Shown here in pieces: positions 1 through 8,248 of a stretch of DNA of 64,000 nt. The stretch covers positions 5,076 through 69,075 of the forward strand of contig JAQVGZ010000005.1 in NCBI GenBank assembly GCA_028696455.1, read 5' to 3'. Source of the DNA: Desulfotomaculaceae bacterium. GTDB lineage: Bacteria; Bacillota; Desulfotomaculia; Desulfotomaculales; Pelotomaculaceae. Position 1 is the stretch's first letter; each line of letters opens with the position of its first letter. Below the pieces are notes generated by a model that was given only the letters and a program-made list of their open reading frames with translations, ran no database searches and was not told the DNA's origin. Position numbers and translations under genes: made by a program.

Positions 1-824
1 GGTTACCGGTTGCCTTCAGGCCAGTTTCTAGCAAAACAATAGTACGAAAAAAAGCACTCCAAATGGTCCGGCTCACATTCAAGAATTCTGGAAGACAGGA
101 TTTTTGCTTATCTAACCCTGCCTCCGCCAAAGAGTTTAAGGAATTGACTAAGCCTGATAATGCCTTTCGGATTGCCGGCATCAATATTCAACATCCTTCC
201 GAGTTGCTCAAACACATTGATTTTTTAGACACACCAGGGCTTGACTCGGTCCAGAAATACTACTTTAATGAAATCCGTGTCCGGCAATGCGATGCCTATC
301 TTGTTTTTTTAAATGCCAGGCATATCCTGCACGATATGGACAAAGAACATTTAAAGCATGTTTTATTACCTCGGAGACTTGATTACATCGAAAAATGTTT
401 TTTTGTTATTAATTTTTCAGACACCCTTACCCCAACTCAACGGGAAACAGTGCTAAACTACGTCCGGAGGAGTTTGTCTAATCCATCCTCTTCTGTTATA
501 CAGGCCATACCAAACCCAAAGGTATTTTTGATTTCCGCCCTGGGTGGGTTCACTGGAAAAGATCGGGGTGTGGAGCTTTTATTAAAAAATATTGAAAAAG
601 GGATCATGCAATACCGGGGCTGGGATTTTTACAGAAATAAACTGGATGAACTCTATATAACACTTAATGATTTATCGGAAAAGACTAATCGTGATTTATT
701 CCAATCTAACTTGACGTACGGCGAAAGGAAAAACAAACTGCGCCGGATATTAGAAATACTTAGAGAGTCCCGAAGGAAAGTAAAACATGTCAGGAGTACC
801 ATTTATAGCCTCAGGAGGTCTTGA
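1..824 (+). CDS. dynamin-family GTPase, 5'-partial (gene starts outside the window)
   Basis: The frame is open from nt 3 to TGA 822-824 with no upstream stop. The translation shows dynamin-type GTPase motifs: IDFLDTPGLDS (G3 DxxG), FVINFSD at the NKxD (G4) position, and LISAL (G5-like). A K/R/E-rich helical tail follows. Confidence 0.6.
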   Translation, partial: LPVAFRPVSSKTIVRKKALQMVRLTFKNSGRQDFCLSNPASAKEFKELTKPDNAFRIAGINIQHPSELLKHIDFLDTPGLDSVQKYYFNEIRVRQCDAYLVFLNARHILHDMDKEHLKHVLLPRRLDYIEKCFFVINFSDTLTPTQRETVLNYVRRSLSNPSSSVIQAIPNPKVFLISALGGFTGKDRGVELLLKNIEKGIMQYRGWDFYRNKLDELYITLNDLSEKTNRDLFQSNLTYGERKNKLRRILEILRESRRKVKHVRSTIYSLRRS

Positions 825-828
825 GCAA

Positions 829-1023
829 GTGGAAAATGCCAGATTGCTAGACGAGCGGCTGCGCAAAATTATCGGTGAGATTAGTAGCTATACCGGAAGG
901 GAAATTAAGAAAAACCTACTACAAGATGTTAATGAAGGTGTCCACAAAGCAGTGAAAAATAATCTTCAAAATGAAACTATTAGAATACTTGCGCTAATTA
1001 AAAACACTATTGATAAATTATAA
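829..1023 (+). CDS. small helical (coiled-coil-like) protein, start ambiguous (ATG 787 or GTG 829)
   Basis: It lies in the +1 frame relative to the upstream ORF. GTG 829 sits 10 nt after AGGAGG (813-818); ATG 787 lies inside the upstream CDS. The 65-78 aa sequence is charged and heptad-like. I recognise no family. Confidence 0.4.
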   Translation: MENARLLDERLRKIIGEISSYTGREIKKNLLQDVNEGVHKAVKNNLQNETIRILALIKNTIDKL

Positions 1024-1039
1024 TTATAGGAGGGGCAAA

Positions 1040-1339
1040 ATGGACCTTAAACTTGAAAAAACTGCCGGTGAAAAAAATAGTGATGTAATAATCCGGCAAA
1101 TGCTGTCGGAAATCCTCACTGGACTAAAGACAAAACTAGTGCAGCCTGTTCTTGAGGAAAATAATAAAATTGCCGACCAGTTAAAAGATTTGAGGGAACA
1201 GGAACAGACAGATATAGCAGTCTTAAAAGAAAATCTGGCAGCGTTAGACGCCCGGATGAAGCAACTGCCTTTAGTCGTCCTGGCAGCCCTTAGAGATGTG
1301 ATTAACCAGATTGGTGAGGGCAGTCAAAATGACGATTGA
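1040..1339 (+). CDS. hypothetical coiled-coil protein (99 aa)
   Basis: ATG 1040 is preceded by AGGAGGGG (1028-1035). The sequence is strongly helical and charged. I recognise no family. Confidence 0.5.
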   Translation: MDLKLEKTAGEKNSDVIIRQMLSEILTGLKTKLVQPVLEENNKIADQLKDLREQEQTDIAVLKENLAALDARMKQLPLVVLAALRDVINQIGEGSQNDD

Positions 1340-1586
1340 TCCGGCTGATAAACGGGCTGAGATAGTAAATGCATTAGCATCAACAATCCAGGAAAAAATT
1401 ATGCTTCCGGCTGAGGAAAAAACCTCCACGCTTAAATATGCAATCAATGAAGCAAATGAAAGAATCGATCACCTTGAACATACTTTGTTTAATCTAACCA
1501 CCGCACATAGACGGACAAAGGCCATGGCCGTGATATCACTATTAGGTTTATTGATACTATTTACCGTTCAGATGATTAATATTTGA
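1329..1586 (+). CDS. hypothetical tail-anchored helical protein (85 aa)
   Basis: ATG 1329 is preceded by GGTGAGGG (1313-1320) and the ORF overlaps the end of the previous ORF by 11 nt. The C-terminus is a hydrophobic segment, AMAVISLLGLLILFTVQMINI. Confidence 0.5.
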   Translation: MTIDPADKRAEIVNALASTIQEKIMLPAEEKTSTLKYAINEANERIDHLEHTLFNLTTAHRRTKAMAVISLLGLLILFTVQMINI

Positions 1587-1589
1587 ATT

Positions 1590-1907
1590 CTATTCCTTTT
1601 TAATCCCCCGGCCTGACCTCATTAAAGTGTAAACAAAAACTGTTGCTGCTAAAATAACAAGCACCTTAATAATAAAATTAGTGGTTTGGGATTTAAAACC
1701 CGCTTTTTCTTTTCTAATTTCCACTACTGGATCTAATTCTAAACCGTAATAAATACCCTGGTTCTCCATCTTATACCGCAAATTCTCGAGTTTGACCATT
1801 TTTTCTTCGTGCTTTGCTATACTGGTCATAAAGCTTACTGTCTGAATCCCGAGGAAAGCTAAGGCAAATAAGACAAGCAACATTCGGGAAAAACGAGAGT
1901 TAGTCAT
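1590..1907 (-). CDS. hypothetical membrane protein (two hydrophobic segments flanking a charged helix)
   Basis: A 105-aa ORF convergent on the dynamin-like operon. The N-terminal segment LLVLFALAFLGIQTV and C-terminal segment FIIKVLVILAATVFVYTL are hydrophobic. I recognise no family. Confidence 0.45.
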   Translation of the reverse strand: MTNSRFSRMLLVLFALAFLGIQTVSFMTSIAKHEEKMVKLENLRYKMENQGIYYGLELDPVVEIRKEKAGFKSQTTNFIIKVLVILAATVFVYTLMRSGRGIKKE

Positions 1908-2104
1908 AACGTCTCCTTATCACTTCTGAATTCCTGTAAGCTCAAGGTATCAAATAACAGACTTATAATTAGCCAATTTTTGATTAATAATGTAACCTTT
2001 TAATAATTTACTAATATAGTTAGAATTTTAATTATAGTATAGTTAATTCAGCACGAGTCCTTTGAATCCCTTCCGGTATTACCATATAAACTAAGGAGTG
2101 TTAT

Positions 2105-3094
2105 ATGGACTTTTTAAAAGAAAATCTTGCAGCCCAACTTCACTGGCTAAGAAGCTGCCAAATTCTAAGCCCGGGCAATGCTGCAGACGGCGCGATTAAA
2201 AAGTATCCCAACCAGGGCTGGGTAATGCCTTATTTTGCTAATTTTGCAGCATTAGCTATGCTAGAAGACCCTATGAGCCACCCCCTGGTCGAGCGATATT
2301 TGAACTGGTATCTTCTTAACCTTGAAAATAACGGAACCATTCTCGACTATCATTACGATGATCAATTATTGCACAGAACAGCAAAACCAGACTCAGAAGA
2401 TTCTTATGCCGCTACTTATCTCTCCTTGGCCAGTTCATATCATTGCCGGACAGGTCATACAGTCTGGGTTAGGAATAACCTCACCCGCTTAAAAAAAGTA
2501 GCCGAAGTAATCATTAATCTAATGGATCGGGACGGTCTTACCTTTGCCCTGGCCAGCTACCATGTCAAATATCTCATGGATAACTGCGAAGTCTACCGGG
2601 GTCTAAAGGATTTCGCTAATCTTTTGCATTCAATTGGCGATCAGGATGCTATGAAATATCAGTCTAAAGCCAGTGCCATTGCTGCTGGTATTGAAAAAAT
2701 GCTCTGGAACCCGCGTACCAACTGCTACCATTCCAGTAAAACAGGCTGGTTTGTAAGTCGGCTTAACCTGGGAAAATTTTACCCGGACGCAGCTTGTCAG
2801 GTTTTTCCTGTACTATATGGACTGCTCGAACCGGATTCTAAACGAGCTAGAAATCTTTACAGCTTATTTAACAATTGCCAGCCTGATTGGGTTTTTATTA
2901 AGCCACCAGATTTTCCATGGATGCTTCTTGGTTATTACGCCTGCCTGCTCGGCGATTTTAAACGTGCGCTTGAAAAAATTAAGCAAGCCGACAAATTATA
3001 TATTGGACCGCAGTCAGGGAACTGGTATTGCGCCGAAGCCGCCTTTTACGTTCTGACCTGTATAAAATTAATTATGTCCAAACAAAATGGCTAA
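2105..3094 (+). CDS. hypothetical protein, possibly six-hairpin (alpha/alpha)6 glycosidase-like
   Basis: AAGGAG (2093-2098) lies 6 nt before ATG 2105. The 329-aa sequence is helical and rich in W/Y/L, and the gene sits immediately upstream of a GH15 gene. The family assignment is tentative. Confidence 0.5.
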   Translation: MDFLKENLAAQLHWLRSCQILSPGNAADGAIKKYPNQGWVMPYFANFAALAMLEDPMSHPLVERYLNWYLLNLENNGTILDYHYDDQLLHRTAKPDSEDSYAATYLSLASSYHCRTGHTVWVRNNLTRLKKVAEVIINLMDRDGLTFALASYHVKYLMDNCEVYRGLKDFANLLHSIGDQDAMKYQSKASAIAAGIEKMLWNPRTNCYHSSKTGWFVSRLNLGKFYPDAACQVFPVLYGLLEPDSKRARNLYSLFNNCQPDWVFIKPPDFPWMLLGYYACLLGDFKRALEKIKQADKLYIGPQSGNWYCAEAAFYVLTCIKLIMSKQNG

Positions 3095-3142
3095 AATTGT
3101 ATATACATCTGGACTATTCCCCGGGCATAAGCTGGGCATAAT

Positions 3143-5152
3143 ATGATAACTATGATGAAAGTGGTGGTGAAAAAAATAATTAATCCACAACTCCATCCAG
3201 AAATGCCGGAAGCTATTATCGGGAACTCAAAAATGCTTGCCTCTATTCGAGACAACGGCGAGCTTTACAGGCTTTTTTGGCCACAAATTGACTATGGCCA
3301 GCACCTTGGTCACTTCTGGCCGGGTATCAGGCTGACCTTGCCGGAAGGGCAAAGTTTTACCAAGTGGTTCCACCTAAATATATGGAGGACTACACAACGC
3401 TACCTGGAGGATACTAATATATTTGAAACAGAAATGTCCAGTCGGACGCATCATTTGAAAGTACTCCAGCAAGACTTTGTCCTACCAGACCGCGATATCC
3501 TGGTACGCCACTATATATTAACAAACCACGGCGAAAAAACCGAAAGGCTAACCTTTATGGTATATTGTGCCTTCGAAATTGAGGAATCAACCATATACGA
3601 TAGCGTTCAGCTTGATTTTTTCAATAATTCCCTCATCTTTTACCGGAGAAATATCTACCTGGCTTTAACCGGAGCTGGTTACCCCTTGATCGGCTACCAA
3701 TGCGGCAGACGTGGCACCCACTCCGACCCTTTTCAGGATGCCTCAAAAGGTGTACTCCGGGGTGGCAGTGGCAATATAAGGCATAGTTCCGGAAGCCTGG
3801 ACTGGGACATTGGTGAACTACTACCGGGAGAATCAAAGAGCATAACCCTTTATCTGGCAGCAGGTTCAGGGCAGGAAATAGTAAGAGCACTGCTTGCCGA
3901 GGCTACTGCCCGGGAAGGTCGTGCGTGGCTGGAATATACGAAACAGTACTGGTGCAATTGGCTCGGAAAATCAAGCGAGAATAAGGACAGCAAAGCTTTC
4001 CACAGGTCGCTTCTGGCTATGAAGCTAATGTCAAATAAGGAAACAGGCGCTTCAATTGCCGCACCGGAGTTTGATCCGTATTATCTAATGTGCGGCGGCT
4101 ATGGTTACTGCTGGCCACGTGACGCTGTTTATGTTGCTGCAGCTTTTGATGAAGCCGGTTATCATAGTGTCGCGGCACAATTATATGGTTTCACATGTTC
4201 GTTCCAGAGAAAAGAAGGAGACTGGGAACAGCGATATTTCTCAGATGGCTCAGTGGCGCCAAGCTGGGGCAGGCAAATTGACCAGACGGGTGCTGTATTA
4301 TGGGGTTACAAGCATCACTATGAGCTTACTGGAGATAATGATTTTCTGGACCAGATCTGGACATCCCTAAATATTGCAGCAAATTTTCTTGCCAATAACT
4401 TGGAAGCAAACGGTCTTCCTGCCCCTAGTTTTGACCCGTGGGAAGATGAACACAGCCAGGGCACTTATTCCGCAGCAGCGGTATACGGTGGCCTGGAGGC
4501 AGCAGGTGAACTTGCATTGCTCAGAGGCGAAAAAGAAGCCGCGGAACGGTGGCGCCAGGCTGCTGAAACAGTAAAAGGAGGTATACTGAATTACCAATGG
4601 TCAGCCAGACACAATAGGTTCATGCGCGGTATCAATAGAAGGGTTTACCAGGATACTTACAACCACGCTGCCTATGAAGGCAAAAAAACCTTCATAGGTA
4701 CCGACCCCGTTGGTCTTTACCCAACTTACTGGGTTGAAGAAGATGAACGAGTGGATGCAGCCTTATTGGGACTAGCTTTTCCATTTCGGGTACTGGAACC
4801 AAATGATGAAAGGTTACAAGCTACTGTTCGGGCTATTGAAGAGCAGTTATGGAATAATAACACCGGTGGCCTGCACCGGTATGCTGGTGATAATTACAGG
4901 GGGGGAAATCCCTGGCTGATCACAACCTTTTGGCTGGCGATCTATTACTGCATGTCTGGAAAGCGTGACCGGGCTGACATACTCTACCGCTGGTGTCTAG
5001 CGCAGGCAAACCGCCATTTACTTCTACCCGAACAGGCTGACAAAAGTCGCGGCGGGCCAATCTGGGTGATGCCCCTGAATTGGTCTCATGCTATGCTTGT
5101 GCTCACCCGACTTGCCTTAGATAACCGTTTAAGCATTATTAAATCGTTATAA
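3143..5152 (+). CDS. glycoside hydrolase family 15 (glucoamylase/glucodextranase/trehalase-like)
   Basis: GH15-type patterns are present: the N-terminal AIIGNSKMLASIRDNGELYRLFWPQID, and in the catalytic region GYGYCWPRDA, WEDEHSQGTYSAAAVYGGL and GGLHRYAGDNYRGGNPWLITTFWL. The start is unresolved among ATG 3143, 3152 and 3155. Confidence 0.8.
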   Translation: MITMMKVVVKKIINPQLHPEMPEAIIGNSKMLASIRDNGELYRLFWPQIDYGQHLGHFWPGIRLTLPEGQSFTKWFHLNIWRTTQRYLEDTNIFETEMSSRTHHLKVLQQDFVLPDRDILVRHYILTNHGEKTERLTFMVYCAFEIEESTIYDSVQLDFFNNSLIFYRRNIYLALTGAGYPLIGYQCGRRGTHSDPFQDASKGVLRGGSGNIRHSSGSLDWDIGELLPGESKSITLYLAAGSGQEIVRALLAEATAREGRAWLEYTKQYWCNWLGKSSENKDSKAFHRSLLAMKLMSNKETGASIAAPEFDPYYLMCGGYGYCWPRDAVYVAAAFDEAGYHSVAAQLYGFTCSFQRKEGDWEQRYFSDGSVAPSWGRQIDQTGAVLWGYKHHYELTGDNDFLDQIWTSLNIAANFLANNLEANGLPAPSFDPWEDEHSQGTYSAAAVYGGLEAAGELALLRGEKEAAERWRQAAETVKGGILNYQWSARHNRFMRGINRRVYQDTYNHAAYEGKKTFIGTDPVGLYPTYWVEEDERVDAALLGLAFPFRVLEPNDERLQATVRAIEEQLWNNNTGGLHRYAGDNYRGGNPWLITTFWLAIYYCMSGKRDRADILYRWCLAQANRHLLLPEQADKSRGGPIWVMPLNWSHAMLVLTRLALDNRLSIIKSL

Positions 5153-5157
5153 TTAAA

Positions 5158-5176
5158 CCACCAGCCAGGCTGGTGG
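5158..5176. terminator. hairpin between convergent GH15 and pdaA-like genes
   Basis: ccaccag-ccagg-ctggtgg forms a 7-bp stem, followed by T-containing sequence on the plus strand. Confidence 0.4.
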
Positions 5177-5226
5177 TTAGGATTGATTATGTTGGCGAAA
5201 TTTGTAAAGAGTTAAATTAAGTTATT

Positions 5227-6240
5227 TTATTGTTGTTGAACTAGGTCATCGAGCGTCTTAAATGAGTATCCCTGTGCCTCTATATCTTTTAAAATACGGT
5301 CCATCACCTCCGCGTTATCCTTAGAGACAGCATGAAGTAGGATTACGGCGCCATTATGCAGATTATCCATTACTGACTGATAAGCTTCCTGTGAGCCACC
5401 CGGCATAGGAACCCAGTCAACCATCGCCAGGCTCCAAAAGATATTATAATAACCAAGTTCCTTAGTCACTGCCAGGGTACGCTCACTATATTCGCCTTTA
5501 GGTGGTCGGAGGTATTTCATTCCTTTAATGCCGGTTATTCTTTCAAAATCCTGCTCAACGGCCTGAAGCTCCTTTATTATTTTTTCATCAGATATATCAG
5601 GCAGGCTTGGATGGGTGTCCGTGTGATTGCACACCAGATGCCCCTCGTTTACCATTCGTTTGATCAGTTCAGGCTGGGAATTCAAGTAATGCCCAGTAAC
5701 AAAAAAAGCAGCCTTAACACTGTTGGCTTTAAGCGCATCCAAAATATCATCAGTAAACCCATTTTCATAACCATTATCGAAAGTCAAGTATACTATTTTT
5801 TGATCAGGGCTACCAACCCAATATGCGCCATATTTGCTGAGTTCCATGCCAATTGAAGCAGGCATCTCCGGTTGTAGATGCTTGCTGTTACGCTTTAGCC
5901 CCCAGCCACGTTTGGTGTTAGACAATTGGCCGACTGTAGTGGTGGCAGGCTCACCTGCAGCGGGATTCTTAGCTGTAGATTCTTCTACAATTTGCTCAAT
6001 GCCGCCTTTTCCAGCCTCATTAGTGTTTGTTCCTAAGCCTGAAGTACCGGGTACCTGATCATTTTGCCTGTTTGTTATGTCTTTTCCAATGGTTTGATCA
6101 TTTAAAGATGCTTTATCGTTCATTCCGGTAACACCCGTCCGGGCTGTTCCCAGCTGATTCTGCCAGATAAAGCCGGACACACCTAATAAAACAATAAATA
6201 CAAATACAATAACCTTTTTGTTTTTTAATGGGTTTTTCAT
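5227..6240 (-). CDS. pdaA: NodB-type polysaccharide deacetylase, PdaA-like (spore cortex delta-lactam de-N-acetylase)
   Basis: An N-terminal anchor and a low-complexity linker precede a NodB domain: VYLTFDNGYENGFT, AAFFVTGHYL, VCNHTDTHPSL and AVILLHA. Confidence 0.7.
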   Translation of the reverse strand: MKNPLKNKKVIVFVFIVLLGVSGFIWQNQLGTARTGVTGMNDKASLNDQTIGKDITNRQNDQVPGTSGLGTNTNEAGKGGIEQIVEESTAKNPAAGEPATTTVGQLSNTKRGWGLKRNSKHLQPEMPASIGMELSKYGAYWVGSPDQKIVYLTFDNGYENGFTDDILDALKANSVKAAFFVTGHYLNSQPELIKRMVNEGHLVCNHTDTHPSLPDISDEKIIKELQAVEQDFERITGIKGMKYLRPPKGEYSERTLAVTKELGYYNIFWSLAMVDWVPMPGGSQEAYQSVMDNLHNGAVILLHAVSKDNAEVMDRILKDIEAQGYSFKTLDDLVQQQ

Positions 6241-6401
6241 TATTACCCCCCTGACTTAATTCTTTAGATATTACTATAATTAACGGATCACTATAATATT
6301 ATCCTTCCCCAAAACATACCCTTCTAGCTAAAATTCGACAAGAAATAATAGTATCCTTTAGAAAAGGTTCGAATATTACTTAGAGTATAAATTGATAGCA
6401 G

Positions 6402-6445
6402 AACAAAAAATCGGGAAAAGGCCTTAATAATTGAGCCTTTTCCCG
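6402..6445 (-). terminator. Rho-independent terminator downstream of ftsY
   Basis: On the minus strand, cgggaaaaggc-N12-gccttttcccg forms an 11-bp stem followed by ATTTTTTG. Confidence 0.65.
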
Positions 6446-6524
6446 TCGTTTAATAAATCGCCGTTGCGGTTATTGAAAACAAGTTTTCTCAGCGCCAGAT
6501 ATTTGGTTTAAAAATCAGGCAAAT

Positions 6525-7439
6525 TCAGCTGGAAAAAAGTGCATCTACAAACTCTTTGGCATTAAACTGTCTTAGGTCCCCGAGTCCTTCCCCGATACCA
6601 ATGAGTTTAATGGGGAGGTTTAAGGCCTGATTGATTCCTATTACCACCCCGCCCCGGGCACTCCCGTCTAGCTTGGTCAGGGCAATCCCGGTTACCCCCG
6701 CCGCCTGACTAAATAATTTGGCCTGATTGACTGCATTCTGGCCAGTGGTAGCATCCAGCACCAGCAGAACTTCATGAGGCGCCCCAGGCATTTCGCGGTC
6801 CAGTACCCTCCTAATTTTTTTTAGTTCCTCCATCAGGTTATTTTTTGTATGTAGCCTGCCTGCAGTATCTATAATTAAGATATCCGCCCGACGCGCTTTC
6901 GCGGCCTGAAGTGAGTCAAAAGCAACAGCGGCGGGATCGGCGCCTTCCTGGTGTTTAATCAGTTCCACACCCACGCGGTTAGCCCAGAACTCCAGTTGCT
7001 CTATAGCAGCTGCCCGAAAAGTGTCTGCGGCGCCCAAAATAACTCTCTTTCCATCAGATTTTAACAGGTAAGCTAATTTTCCAATAGTAGTGGTCTTACC
7101 CACTCCATTGACACCAATAACTACAATAACTGTTGGGGCTTCACTACTAAAATTAATCGGCGACCAGCCATCGTTTAGCATAGCGCCAATTTGTTCTTTC
7201 AAAATAACTTTTAGTTCCCCGGTGTCTAACACACTACGTTCCTTGACCACACGCCTGACCATCTCCACAAGTTCCAGGGCAGTGTTTACCCCTACATCAG
7301 CCTGAACCAGCAATTCTTCCAACTCCTCGTAAAGTTCTTCGCCGATGGACTTGTGGTGGTGCACCAGGTTGTCTATCTTTTCAATTAAACCCCGGCGGGT
7401 TTTGGCCAATCCCTCTTGTAAACGGTTAAAGAAACCCAT
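6525..7439 (-). CDS. ftsY: signal recognition particle receptor FtsY (NG domain only)
   Basis: SRP-GTPase motifs GVNGVGKTTTIGKLA, DTAGR and TKLDG. Confidence 0.95.
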   Translation of the reverse strand: MGFFNRLQEGLAKTRRGLIEKIDNLVHHHKSIGEELYEELEELLVQADVGVNTALELVEMVRRVVKERSVLDTGELKVILKEQIGAMLNDGWSPINFSSEAPTVIVVIGVNGVGKTTTIGKLAYLLKSDGKRVILGAADTFRAAAIEQLEFWANRVGVELIKHQEGADPAAVAFDSLQAAKARRADILIIDTAGRLHTKNNLMEELKKIRRVLDREMPGAPHEVLLVLDATTGQNAVNQAKLFSQAAGVTGIALTKLDGSARGGVVIGINQALNLPIKLIGIGEGLGDLRQFNAKEFVDALFSS

Positions 7440-7512
7440 TGACTCGCTAATTAGCCTCCCTTTTCAGCAAATACTCCGTATATTATAATTATTATGTATC
7501 TGCCCTTTCTAC

Positions 7513-8214
7513 TTAATTATTCAGCCGTACCAGAGCCATCTTGGCTGCCTTTTGTTCCGATTCCTTTTTAGAACGACCTTCTCCGGTACCAACCACCTTA
7601 CCCTGGTAAATCACACCAGCAGTAAAAGTCTTGTCATGATCCGGACCCTCTTCCTTTAATATTATATACGAAACAGTCTCTATGCCGCGCTGTTGCACCA
7701 TTTCTTGCAGTACTGTCTTATAGTCCTGATCCAACCGGCCCTCTAGAACATCACTAATAATCGGACCCAAAAACTTTATTGCTAATTTAGCAGCCCGGGT
7801 CAGTCCCTGATCCAGGTAAATAGCCCCTAGCAAAGCCTCAAAAGCATCGGCCAGAATAGATGGACGTTCCCTGCCACCAGAACGTTCCTCACCCTTGCCC
7901 ATGCTAAGACATAATCCAAGCTCAAGTTCACTTGCTGCTTTAGCGAGGGAAGACTCACAAACAACTGCAGCCCGGAATTTTGTTAATTCACCTTCACCCA
8001 TACTAGGATTATTACGGTACAAGAAGTCACTAACCGCCAGTTCCAACACAGCGTCACCCAAAAATTCTAGACGCTGGTTGTTTGCCAATCCGGTCTGGCG
8101 GCTCTCACTAATAAAAGAACTGTGATTAAGGGCCTGAGACAGCAGGTTGTCGTCGCGCCAGTCGATACCAAGCCGCTTTCTCAGCCGAAGCTGGTGCTTC
8201 TCTATTTTTGACAC
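7513..8214 (-). CDS. rnc: ribonuclease III
   Basis: The RNase III signature NQRLEFLGDAVL plus a C-terminal dsRBD (GPDHDKTF, KKESEQKAA). Confidence 0.95.
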   Translation of the reverse strand: MSKIEKHQLRLRKRLGIDWRDDNLLSQALNHSSFISESRQTGLANNQRLEFLGDAVLELAVSDFLYRNNPSMGEGELTKFRAAVVCESSLAKAASELELGLCLSMGKGEERSGGRERPSILADAFEALLGAIYLDQGLTRAAKLAIKFLGPIISDVLEGRLDQDYKTVLQEMVQQRGIETVSYIILKEEGPDHDKTFTAGVIYQGKVVGTGEGRSKKESEQKAAKMALVRLNN

Positions 8215-8248
8215 GATACCACCCCTAACCCCTGGTTAAGCTGGTTGT

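Noticed and set aside
822-878. UGA 822-824 as a selenocysteine or readthrough codon in the dynamin-like ORF
   Set aside because: In-frame continuation gives only 17 unremarkable codons before another TGA at 876-878. The protein-like sequence continues in the +1 frame, not in frame. I see no SECIS-like hairpin directly downstream.
6366-6376. A tRNA T-loop-like string, GGTTCGAAT
   Set aside because: The surrounding sequence is AT-rich and cannot form acceptor, D or anticodon stems. There is no CCA-proximal complement, so it is not a tRNA.
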